The notes under the pieces were generated by a model that saw nothing but the letters and a program-made list of their open reading frames with translations, had not been told where the DNA came from and did not search any database. Position numbers and translations under genes: made by a program. Positions 1-9,420 of a stretch of 64,000 bases of DNA are shown here, one piece after another. The stretch is taken from positions 1,178,001-1,242,000 of the forward strand of contig NW_026262667.1 in NCBI RefSeq assembly GCF_021869535.1, given 5' to 3'. Position 1 is the first letter of the stretch. The number at the start of each line of letters is the position of its first letter. The stretch comes from Mytilus californianus (lineage: Eukaryota).

Positions 1-293
1 ACTGCCTTTATATCAGTACAAACTTTTGGTCGTTTTGAACATCTATAGTTGTCTTCGTCTTCTCGCTGTCTCTTGACAGATTTCCTCAAGTTAGGTGTAC
101 ATGTAATATGATCATCCATACCGAGACCAGAATCATCGTCATCACCAGGAAACAGATTTCGTTTGATGTTTGGAGTCATCACAGACATAAGGTCATTAGC
201 CTTTACTGGTGTAGAATCAAAACTCAGGGTAGAAACAGATGCTGGAATGACATTAAATTCATCATATGTGTCAAATAATCGTTTTGAAAGCAT
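1..293 (-). CDS. cdc25: Cdc25 phosphatase, diverged paralog (copy A), N-terminal 98 codons only; truncated by window edge
   Basis: Manual translation from ATG at 293: MLSKRLFDTYDEFNVIPASVSTLSFDSTPVKANDLMSVMTPNIKRNLFPGDDDDSGLGMDDHITCTPNLRKSVKRQREDEDNYRCSKRPKVCTDIKAV. Colinear with the 9421-10296 ORF, with no indels or stops, 22 nt and 15 aa differences. Not in the ORF track because it runs off the edge. Confidence 0.9.
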   Translation of the reverse strand, partial: MLSKRLFDTYDEFNVIPASVSTLSFDSTPVKANDLMSVMTPNIKRNLFPGDDDDSGLGMDDHITCTPNLRKSVKRQREDEDNYRCSKRPKVCTDIKA

Positions 294-1344
294 TTTTGTT
301 GGTGGTCTGAATTTAAACTGTCATGTATAACGAATTAAATGTTAAATGTTTATGTTTGAAATATTACAAATTTTTATATTTATTTTTGATTTGACAATAA
401 GTAAATCCGGTCTCTAATTGGGAACCCGTGCTCATCTCGTTACTCAAGCAGTGTTCAACTCGGGGTCAACGTTGTAAAGCTTTTGTTAATTGTTTAATTA
501 ATCTCCAATCAATGTCTATGATTGAATTTGTTAGATCAAAAACATTTTCAAATAATTACTCTGGGATTTAAGGCTACAAAGATGATTACAATCAATGACA
601 CAAAGTAATAAAGGCACAGAAGTAAGATAAGTGTTCACATAACAATTTTAATTCTAACGATACAAATTAAATCAATGGGGAAAAAGATAAACAAAAGGTA
701 AATGATGCAAAATTTATATAAATAAATACGAAAACAAAAAACGAGGTTGTATTCAAATGTATCACTATGTAAGGTATAAGTATAAAAATAAAATTGATAA
801 AATTCAATTAAATATTTGATTTTAGTCTCCTCTCTCAATTATATATAATACTACAATACATTAAATGTATAGTATAGATATTAAACAGAGAATCATTCTA
901 TACAGATAATAAGAAACTACAACATTAAACAAATAACAACAAATTCGTCTATTATAAAACATGAGTATATGTACATAATATACGTTACAGAATAAAAAAA
1001 TTTACGCCTATTTAATGTAAGATAACAGACTTTGGCACAGCAATGAATTATATTAATATTTGTGAATAAAAACACTTAATTTTGTTAAAGTCATCAAAAG
1101 ACTTAAAGGATCTTAAAATCGTATTATAATAGACACGTTAACATTACATGGGCTTCATCTTCTAAAATATTTTTACAATTATCACAGACTCAAAATCGTA
1201 AATTTTTCAAATCTCCATGACCGATTCTTTTTTTTTTTTTAACGACATTATATATTTATTCACCAAATATGCTTGTTACATTGTTACTACAATAAACCAA
1301 GCTTTTCTTGATGTATCCTGTAATATTCCACTGATTACCAGGTT

Positions 1345-1623
1345 AGTAGTCAGCTACTGATATATATGCAGTAGTTGTCGTTTGTTGATGTGGTTCATAA
1401 GTGTTTCTCGTTTCTCGTTTTTTATATAGATTAGACCGTTGGTTTTCCCGTTTCAATGGTTTTACACTAGTAATTTTTGGGGCCCTTTATAGCTTACTGT
1501 TCGGTGTGAGCCAAGGCTCCGTGTTGAAGACCGTACTTTGACATATAATGGTTTACTTTTATAAATTTTGACTTGGATGGAGAGTTGTCTCATTGGCACT
1601 CATACCACATCTTCTTATATCTA
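1345..1623. mobile_element. Short dispersed non-autonomous repeat (SINE- or HINE-like); array copies at ~11352-11630, ~21365-21643, ~31140-31414
   Basis: Terminus GAGAGTTGTCTCATTGGCACTCATACCACATCTTCTT. Related degenerate copies occur at ~2539-2640, ~43352-43440, ~48485-48678, ~57781-57852 and ~58586-58606, so it is a dispersed family. Class not determined. Confidence 0.65.
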
Positions 1624-2087
1624 TGTATGTACACATTTCTTGAAATACAATTGTACAACTTTTTTATGCATTATGTTTTTATCTATTCAATCTTCTATAC
1701 TTCTTTTTAGTGACTTCAGTAATTGATTAAATTTTATTGTTGTGGTTTCGTTATATCTTTTTATGTATTCTTGAACAAAAACTTGATATACATTTGTCAA
1801 TTTCTGATTAGATACATAATATGATTTTTATAGAAAAACCTAAAATTGTTAGGAAATAGTTCAGACCAAAATAATTTGATCGATTCTTAGTGGTGCTACT
1901 CCATTTGAAATTTTTAATAGAAAATAGATTAAAATAAAACGAGATTGGGTAAAGTTCCTAAACATTTGTATCAATTCATTTTTAAATCGTTTTAGTGTAA
2001 TAAACCTATATGTCTTTTTGTAAAATAATATATTATAGGGTATGATTTTTTAAATATTCAATACATGTGAAAAGGGTGGGGTACTGG

Positions 2088-2222
2088 ATGTCTCAGCTGC
2101 AGACCCCAGCCACAGAAGGATTGAACTGGCCCCGGGGCTTGGTGACCGATGAAGAGCTGGTTGACATGCTGATGGACACAATTCTGCACTGCTATTTTGA
2201 AGAGTTTTTTCTTTACTCGTGA
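2088..2222 (+). other. Candidate 44-aa small ORF in a GC-richer island (copies 12095-12229, 22108-22242, 31890-32024)
   Basis: MSQLQTPATEGLNWPRGLVTDEELVDMLMDTILHCYFEEFFLYS followed by TGA TGA TAG. The frame stays open in the diverged copy. No family recognised. Confidence 0.25.
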
Positions 2223-2998
2223 TGATAGTATTGCAAAACAAGTACTATTTTTAAAAAACTCCGACGCCTTCAGAAGGGGATATTTTGTTAAAACTTATTT
2301 TTTTAAGTCTTTTTTTATTATATGACAAGACAAGTGTCTGGAAAATTATTCTGGTCATTGCACAAGTGTCTCCCTGTACTGGTTTTAAGAGGTTGCTTAA
2401 GAAATCTTCCATAAAGTACAGCCACCGGAACTTCTATAAGAGAAATGGACGGCATAGTTTCATCTCGAGAGTTTCATGTCAGCATGTTTTAGTACTCCGC
2501 TTGCTTTCCGATAGTGTGGTCATTCATTATAAAAAATAAGGAGATGTGATAAGATTGCCAACGAAACTATCCACCAGAGTTGAAATGACGAAGATATAAG
2601 CAATTACTGGTCACAGTACGGCCTTCAACAATGATCTTTATGAACCTGCGAGTGAAACAAATACAAGGGAAATTGACTCTACCTATTTTCTGACTGAGGG
2701 CCGTAGTTGTGTCAAGATAACGAACTTCAAATATAATTGTAATTGATAAAAGAATCTCATAAAAAAATGCATGTTGATGCTTTTGTCCTTCAGAAAATTG
2801 AGTGTTGATGACATATTTTTTTTCATAATTTCTGTTAATTTTATTATACTTATTTCGAGGAAATTTGTGTGCTGATTCGCATATAGACAAGTTAAGATTA
2901 AAAGAGAGACATGTATAATCGAAAAGAACGGAAAATCTTAGACACAAAGAAAACGTTTTTAGTATCTCTGACCAGTCGTGTGCTATTAATCACAAGGA

Positions 2999-3357
2999 CT
3001 AGCGACACAAAATGGTATGAACGTTGTCCATTGTAGTAAGTCTTTTATTGCAGCGACACAAACTGGTATGTACGTTGTCCATTGTAGTAAGTCTTTTGTT
3101 ACAGCGACACAAAGTGGTATGTACGTTGTCCATTGTAGTAAGTCTTTTATTACAGCGACACAAAGTGGTATGTACGTTGTCCATTGTAGTAAGTCTTTTA
3201 TTACAGCGAAACAAAGTGATATGTACGTTGTCCTTGTAGTAAATCTTTTATTACAGCGACAGAAAGTGGTATGTACGTTGTCCATTGTAGTAAGTCTTTT
3301 ATTACAGCGACACAAAGTGGTATGTACGTTGTCCATTGTAGTAAGTCTTTTATTACT
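2999..3357. repeat. 51-bp minisatellite, 7 copies (also 13006-13364, 23019-23377)
   Basis: Unit ACAGCGACACAAAGTGGTATGTACGTTGTCCATTGTAGTAAGTCTTTTATT; it accounts for the 17-aa periodic pseudo-ORFs. Confidence 0.95.
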
Positions 3358-3615
3358 ACCACGTGACAGAATACGAACTAAATCTATTTATTTTGAGCAA
3401 GAAATTAAATCTTACATCTTGTACAGAAAAAAATGTTTACACACACTGATATTAACAAATATTAAAATTATTAAATCAGTTAAACAATTTTTTTTGCACT
3501 AAAACCGAGCACATTTGCGCACTGTTGTTATCACAGCGAGCGCGAGAAGAATGACTTAATTAAGCGACGAAAAGCAAAATATATAGTATAGAAGAAACTG
3601 TAAGTTATTATGTGA

Positions 3616-3790
3616 GGGGGTGGACAGGGGTAAGGCAACATGGGAATGAGGGGCGGGATATGGGGGAAGAGGTGGAGAAAAAATAAGGATATTCTGGGAA
3701 ATATTTCTTTGCCGATTTTCGTCTGTGAGTGATTGGAGGCAAGTGGGAGTTGAGGGTAGGGAAGTAGAAATCAGGGACCCCCCCTTTTCC
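3616..3790 (+). other. G-rich purine tract with G-quadruplex-forming potential (copies +10007, +20020, and ~33345-33510)
   Basis: GGGGG-TGGACA-GGGG-TAAGGCAACAT-GGG-AATGA-GGGG-C-GGG-ATAT-GGGGG in an otherwise very AT-rich region. Confidence 0.55.
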
Positions 3791-4431
3791 ACCCCTCTTA
3801 TGTCGACAAACGATTGTCTGTAATTATTGGTAAAAATAGGACATTATGATAATTGCAGTGACTGCATTTCTAATTAACATGTAGAAATCGTTTACAGTTT
3901 TTAGAAATGCAGTTGTCTCCCTTTCCTCGCAAAATTCGACGAACCGGTTTATTTCAGTTAGTATATTATGTGTACTAACATAAAATGTCCAGCACTAGGG
4001 TTTAAGACTAAAAAGAAGAACACGTCGTCGTAAAGATTTGATGGTAAGAAAGAGTTTCTGATGTTTGTAAGTCTTTTTTTTTATGTGTTTATTGCATCGG
4101 CGATGACGTGGCTAACATTAAGGCAGCGAGTCAACTGCCTCACCAATTTAGATAAAAATAGAAAAGTATATGAATAGATAGATGTATTCCTATGCCTCAA
4201 GCTTTGGTTCTAAACATTTGACTTTTCTGCTCTTCAATATTAAATTTAAGCGTAATTAGTCCATCATTTTTTGTATCATAAAAATGAAAAAGGTAGGTAC
4301 AAATAACTTTTTTTAGGAACGGCCAAATGATAGTTTGTCAGAGGAGAGGAGTCAGAACTAGACGTGAATCTGACATTTTTAACCGGCAGTTTCAATCAAA
4401 TGTAATGACTTAATGAGCATTGGAAATAAGT

Positions 4432-4836
4432 ATTATTACATTGGTAGCATTGAATTACATTGATTTCCCAGTCAAATAAAAACCGATAATTTCACATGTG
4501 AAATAAACGTGGTTATTTCACTCTCTGACGTCATACAACAATAGGCGTTGTCAAGACGTCGAAAACGTCGGATCAAAACAAATTGTGAATGCGTAGAAAA
4601 AAGATATAGTTCCTTACATTTTCTACATTAATTTCATTAAAAAAAAGCCATTTGCCAATGTAATAAAAAGAATAACTAATCAAAGAATTCAAATATCGAA
4701 AAATATTCAACTCGTGACCGAACAACACTGATAATTAACTCATGCGCTACGCGCATTCGTGAATTAATGTGTTGTTCGTCACTCGTTGAATATTTTTCTC
4801 TATTTGAATTCTTCGATTAGTTATTCTATAATTATT
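4432..4836. mobile_element. 399-bp segment containing a ~159-bp hairpin (4669-4827); probable non-autonomous DNA element part
   Basis: Arms AATAACTAATCAAAGAATTCAAATATCGAAAAATATTCAACTCGTGACCGAACAACAC and its near-perfect reverse complement. Bounded by ATTATT at 4432 and 4831; absent at the matching position (~34148) of the diverged copy. Confidence 0.6.
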
Positions 4837-5599
4837 TCATCCGATGATAAAATTATGCCAAAAATCAGAATTTTTCATAGACAAGAACCTTGTGCCATGG
4901 TGTAGCCAATCAAGTCTCTTCTTCCACGCCCACCCCCAAAAAAAGAAAGGAAAAAAGAGGGAGAAACTAGACAATACTTAAATCTTAAAAATAAAAATCA
5001 TGATTCCAATTATAAATACAATGTAGCTGAAATTTAGTTAAAGATACTAATTTGATTTGAAACATTTTCTTTGTCAGTTAATTATTGTATACGACTGCAT
5101 ATTCAGTTTTTCTTAATTATAGGATATCTAGCTAGTTTATTTCTTTATTCTGCATAAGAATGATCCTAAGGTTGTACTGGTGTACAGAAATATTTACCAT
5201 AGATTTCTTCCGGGTGGCAGTATGGTCAATGTCAGGGGAGGGGACGTTTGTTTGGCGTTTCTCGATGTATCGGTACGTATATTATTATACTCAGACACTT
5301 TCCAACATACCCCCTTTTTCCAGTGGCAGTCTGAATTCAGTATCCACCCTTTTCGATCGACCCATTTTGCAGAAACTTTTTAATGGGTATAATGTTGATT
5401 TGTTCTCATTCTAAACCACAAGGATTGACTGACTTATAAAAATGTGGTCATCCATGGACTTCTCCCTTCCTGTACTAAAACCCATGCTTAAAAGGGGGTC
5501 CGTCTGTCTGTGTGGGTTGTATAAATACACAGCCACGTTCGGTCGGAACTAGAACATGTTAAATCCAAGGCCTCATGTACTTGAAAAAAAATCAGATTT

Positions 5600-5884
5600 T
5601 ATGCATAAGGGGCATTTTAAATCCAAAATAGGCATAAACGTATCCTCTGTTAAACTTACTAACATTTTCATAGAGGTTGGGCGATCTTTAAAAATACAGC
5701 TAAATCTAGCCAAAAAAAAAAAAACTGTGACACAAAAAAATGTTGACTCTAACTTGCACTCAATGAGAAAGAATCTTATAAATTATGGAATAATTTACTC
5801 TTCTAATCCGAAAGATCCTCTGGTAAAAAAAAATTATTGCAAATTATATAGAGAATATAACAAATGCAGAAAAAATAAAAAAAT
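5600..5884 (+). pseudogene. Degraded LINE ORF2 fragment (linker between endonuclease and RT); copies +10007, +20020 and ~34830-35083
   Basis: DSNLHSMRKNLINYGIIYSSNPKDPLVKKNYCKLYREYNKCRK. In the diverged copy it continues after the Helentron-type insert as LFKEDILEQLEILHEDIPNRYWKLFNKL. Confidence 0.7.
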
Positions 5885-6467
5885 AAAGTGCTGTGTCATA
5901 AGCGCATGATACGCCCGTCGCATTTCAAAGAATAACGTTCCTCTGGTATCTTTCGTCCCTCTTCCATAACTCCTCAATGTCATATCAGAAATTTCTAAAA
6001 AAAAAACTAAAAGGAGGTTATTTTAATAAATATAAACCAGTCACCAAAGTTTCATAAAAACTGCCTAAAGCACTTTTGAGTTATTGTCCGAAAACTGGAA
6101 ATCACCCCTTTTTAATGAATAAAACCCCATAACTCGGAAACGTAAAATTTAAAATTTATAAAAATCGAAAGGGAGCTCACGTCAATAGACATTAACAATT
6201 CACCAAAGGTGCATGCAAATTAGTTAAAGCGTTTTTGAGTTATTATCCGAAAACTGGAAAATCCCCCTTTTTTAATGAAAAAAACCCATAACTCGGAAAT
6301 GTAAAATCTAAAATTTATAAAAATCGAAAGGGAGCTCACGTCAATAGATATAAACAATTCAACAAAGTTTAATGCAAATTGGTTGAAGCGTTTTTGAGTT
6401 ATTGTCCGACATGTTGACGACGAACGGACGGACGGACAACGAAATACCATAATACGTCCCGTAAAAA
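5885..6467 (+). mobile_element. Helentron-type non-autonomous element (HINE) with central ~155-bp tandem repeats; 3' hairpin deleted (copies +10007, +20020)
   Basis: 5' subterminal ATACGCCCG (5909-5917), about 2.5 central repeats and a (GACG)n microsatellite near the 3' end. Lacks the 16 bp ACTTTTTCGGGCGTAT present in the 35084-35816 copy. Confidence 0.75.
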
Positions 6468-7800
6468 CTTTCCATTTCTAAGTAGCAACATTTTAGCAGC
6501 GCCTACATACGGAGTATATATCTCCCAATTGATACGATATACCAGGGCTTGTGTTTCCTATCAAGATTTCCTTGATAGAGGGTTACTGCTCACAAGAGTT
6601 CCAATGGTTCCAAGTTGAAATCATCCTTTCATGGTTTATGGCGAACTTGGTGTCTATCCCATGGCAGTCTACATTAAACTGCGTATGGTAAATTATTGGT
6701 GTAGAATTGTCCACGGCAAAGAAAATAAGTTGTCACACATTTTGTATAACTTTATGTTTTTTAAATATTCACAGAATAACTGTACGTCTGAATGGGTTAT
6801 TTTTATAAAAAATATTCTTGAAACATGTGGCTATAGTAATATCTGGTTAGCACAAACTGGCTTTAACACAAAATGGCTAAATAATAGTTTAAAACAGAAG
6901 TTATTTGACCAATTTCAACAAAACTGGCGTTCAGATATATGTAATTCGTCAAAAGGTTTATCGTACAGATTATATAAGGATAAGTTTGAATTCGAAAAAT
7001 ATTTAGATATATTACCAGATAGAGATAGGGTTATATTTTGTAGATTTAGAACTGGTAATCATAGATTACCAATTGAAACTGGTAGATGGATAGGTTTAGA
7101 TAGAGAAAGGAGATATTGTAATTTATGTCAATGTCAAGAATTAGGTGACGAATTTCACTTTCTTCTGAATTGTAGATCCCTAGACGACTCAAGAAAACTG
7201 TTTTTGGATAATTGTTATTGTAACAGAGTAAATGTAATTAAATTTTGTAAATTATTACAAACAACACATAGAAATAAGTTAAAAAATATATGTAAATTTA
7301 TAAAGGTTATAAATTCATTAGCAGGTCTTCCTGGTTAGCCTTTGTCTATCTGTTTTTCTATTATAATAACTAAATGATCTTGTATAGTAATTGTAACATT
7401 CATATCTTGTCATGTGCACAATTTATTTTGTATACTATGTATTATTATTTCATTCTTTGTACCAATGTGTATACAATGGTTTTAAAGAATAAAATTGTCT
7501 TGTCTTGTCTTTCGTAAATTTTACGGACGCCTTCACGAGTTGGTTGATCGTTATCGAATATCTGTTTCACAGACGACGACGGACGTGTTCAAATTGTCGT
7601 AACCACAATCCCGTACTCTTTTCCCCGAATGTGACCTACCGAATTAGACTTGTCACTGGGTTTGCACTAAAATGAACAACACGACGGATGCCACATGTGG
7701 AGCAGGATCTGATTACCCTTCCAGGGCATCTGAGATCACCCCGGTTTTTTGTGGGGTTCGTGTTGCTCAGTCTTCAGTTTTCTATGTTGTGTTTAGTGTA
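6468..7800 (+). mobile_element. 3' part of a Penelope-like retroelement split by a LINE insertion (pieces 6468-6630 and 7514-7800; copies +10007, +20020)
   Basis: 6468 onward matches NFPFLSSNI-AAP-YGVYISQLIRY of the 46311-48140 element, and 7514-7800 matches its 3' end (CCACATGTGGAGCAGGATCTG...GGGGTTCGTGTTGCTC). Confidence 0.8.
6631..7509 (+). mobile_element. 5'-truncated non-LTR retrotransposon (ORF2 C-terminus with CCHC zinc knuckle, RTE-X/Proto2-like), ORF 6631-7338
   Basis: FRTGNHRLPIETGRW...RYCNLCQCQELGDEFHFLLNC motif, AATAAA followed by a (TTGTC)3 tail, and CTTTC duplicated at both junctions (6626-6630, 7509-7513). Clade assignment tentative. Confidence 0.85.
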
Positions 7801-9286
7801 CATTGATTGATTAAAAAATAGTGCTTTTTAAAATGTGTTTTCCATGCGAAAAGCTGAGAACCGTTCTGCAATTCATTTCAAATTTTTAAATATGTTTTTT
7901 CTTATATCAAAATGGGGGTGATGCTTGATATTGATACTTGAACTTATAAAATGTGAACAAAATTAAGTTTCAAATATCAGCACATTATTCCTAAAGAGTA
8001 TTGATATTGAGCCAAACAATTTTAGTTTAATGAAAACAAAATTGCAAAATCCCCTTACCGGAACTTTGCTCAATTACCTATAAATGTCTACCGAAATTTA
8101 CAGTATCACAGTTTTATGTACGTCCATTTAGGTTTAAATAAAATGTTACATTATCTCGATTTTTGACGTGTAAATATATTTATAAATACTCACAGATGGC
8201 TTAAAACTCGATTTTAGTAAGTATCCCCCCCCCCCCAAAAAAAAGAAAAAATATAAAAGATTTATAAAACGAAAGCAAAATTTCATATGAGACCATCAGA
8301 GGAGAAAAACTTTGTAAATTGGCTAATCAGTATAAATTATTGCCTCTGGAGGCATCCGATCTGAACATAAGTAGATCATCATGTGTAGAGGATATCCAAT
8401 ACATTATTCTGAGAGGTTTATTCGAGGTGGCCAAGAAGTGGCAGAGAAGATGACAAAAAAAATAATTTCCATGTGATTTCAATGAGAAGTAGGTGCAATC
8501 AATGAACGCCATATGGATAAAAAGACGTGCACGCCAATGAAACACCAACCAAACGACAAAAAAAATCAAATTGCATACAGTCTTAAAAAAAGACAGTTAT
8601 CTACCCAAAATGTCTAGTTTGATAACGTCCATAGTCTATATAAGTTGTGAATTGATTGGACAGAAAAAATCCAATAACTACCGTCGACACCGAATTCTCA
8701 AACATTAAAGGAGGCGTTTGTCGAGAGTCTTTCAATCGCCTAAGGTTTTTAAACATTTCTGCTTCAGCGCAGTTTCAAGGAAGAAGATTGTTTTGAATTG
8801 ACCAAATAGAACCTTCAAAGGTTTTTCATCAGCACTATGTGCCATTAATTCCGCTATGACTGGTAGCCAATCAACATTAAATAAAATGAGGATCTGTGTA
8901 GAGGAGCAACCAATCATAAACATTCAGCTTCAAAACACGTCGTCTTGTTATTTCAGAGCAGAAGATTTTTTTAAATTGATCATTCAGAACTTAAGATTGT
9001 CTCTATATTCATATTTTTCTCCGATCGGAACGAACAGGGGAATTATTAAAGATTTAGATCTTCAATACATTATTCCTGTCAAGTTTAGTTCAAATTTGAA
9101 AGAGATAACGAATTCTGAGTGATAATTGTGAATAGCCCAGAGTGCATTAATAGCTTTTTTTTATGTCATATTTACTGTTTTCAATTTGACATAGGCTTGT
9201 TTAAAATAACTTGAGGTCTTTCTCAGTATCAGCAGTAAAAAAAATATACATCATGACAAAACAAAAACATTTAGATATTGGTAATC

Positions 9287-9349
9287 TTTAATATATGAAT
9301 ACCGTTTTATAACTGATAACAATAACAATAAAATACAGTTTGTATAAAA
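9287..9349 (-). promoter_or_regulatory. Putative cdc25 3'UTR signals: two UUUUAU CPE-like motifs (9328-9333, 9344-9349) and an AUUAAA hexamer (9287-9292)
   Basis: Motif matches 70-135 nt downstream of the stop codon. The AT-rich background makes chance matches likely. Confidence 0.3.
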
Positions 9350-9420
9350 CAAAGCACCGAAATCACTTCTATCATAGATAACTATTAGCACTAGTAAATT
9401 TCTAAATTAATAAGACAGTT

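Noticed and set aside
294-510. CHR (TTTGAA) and CCAAT cell-cycle promoter motifs upstream of cdc25
   Set aside because: Short motifs expected by chance in AT-rich DNA, and the TSS and any 5'UTR intron are unknown.
635-838. 67-aa hydrophobic ORF repeated in each unit
   Set aside because: TTG-start ORF in extremely AT-rich low-complexity DNA, and deleted in the diverged paralog.
2986-3502. Overlapping 70-170 aa ORFs with 17-aa periodicity (also at 13.0, 23.0 and 32.5 kb)
   Set aside because: They are by-products of a 51-bp minisatellite that is open in several frames on both strands; there is no domain or splice support.
5160-5414. GGDVCLAFLDVS resembling an RT LD.SKAFD motif
   Set aside because: The match does not extend and its order relative to the neighbouring LINE fragment is wrong; too weak to call.
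8327-9122. Three short ORFs downstream of cdc25 as a possible second passenger gene
   Set aside because: No recognisable motifs or consistent splice structure; probably degenerate repeat sequence.
9155-9162. T8 run as a retrogene poly(A) remnant
   Set aside because: Too short, no polyadenylation signal at the expected distance and no flanking TSD; retro-origin cannot be proven from it.
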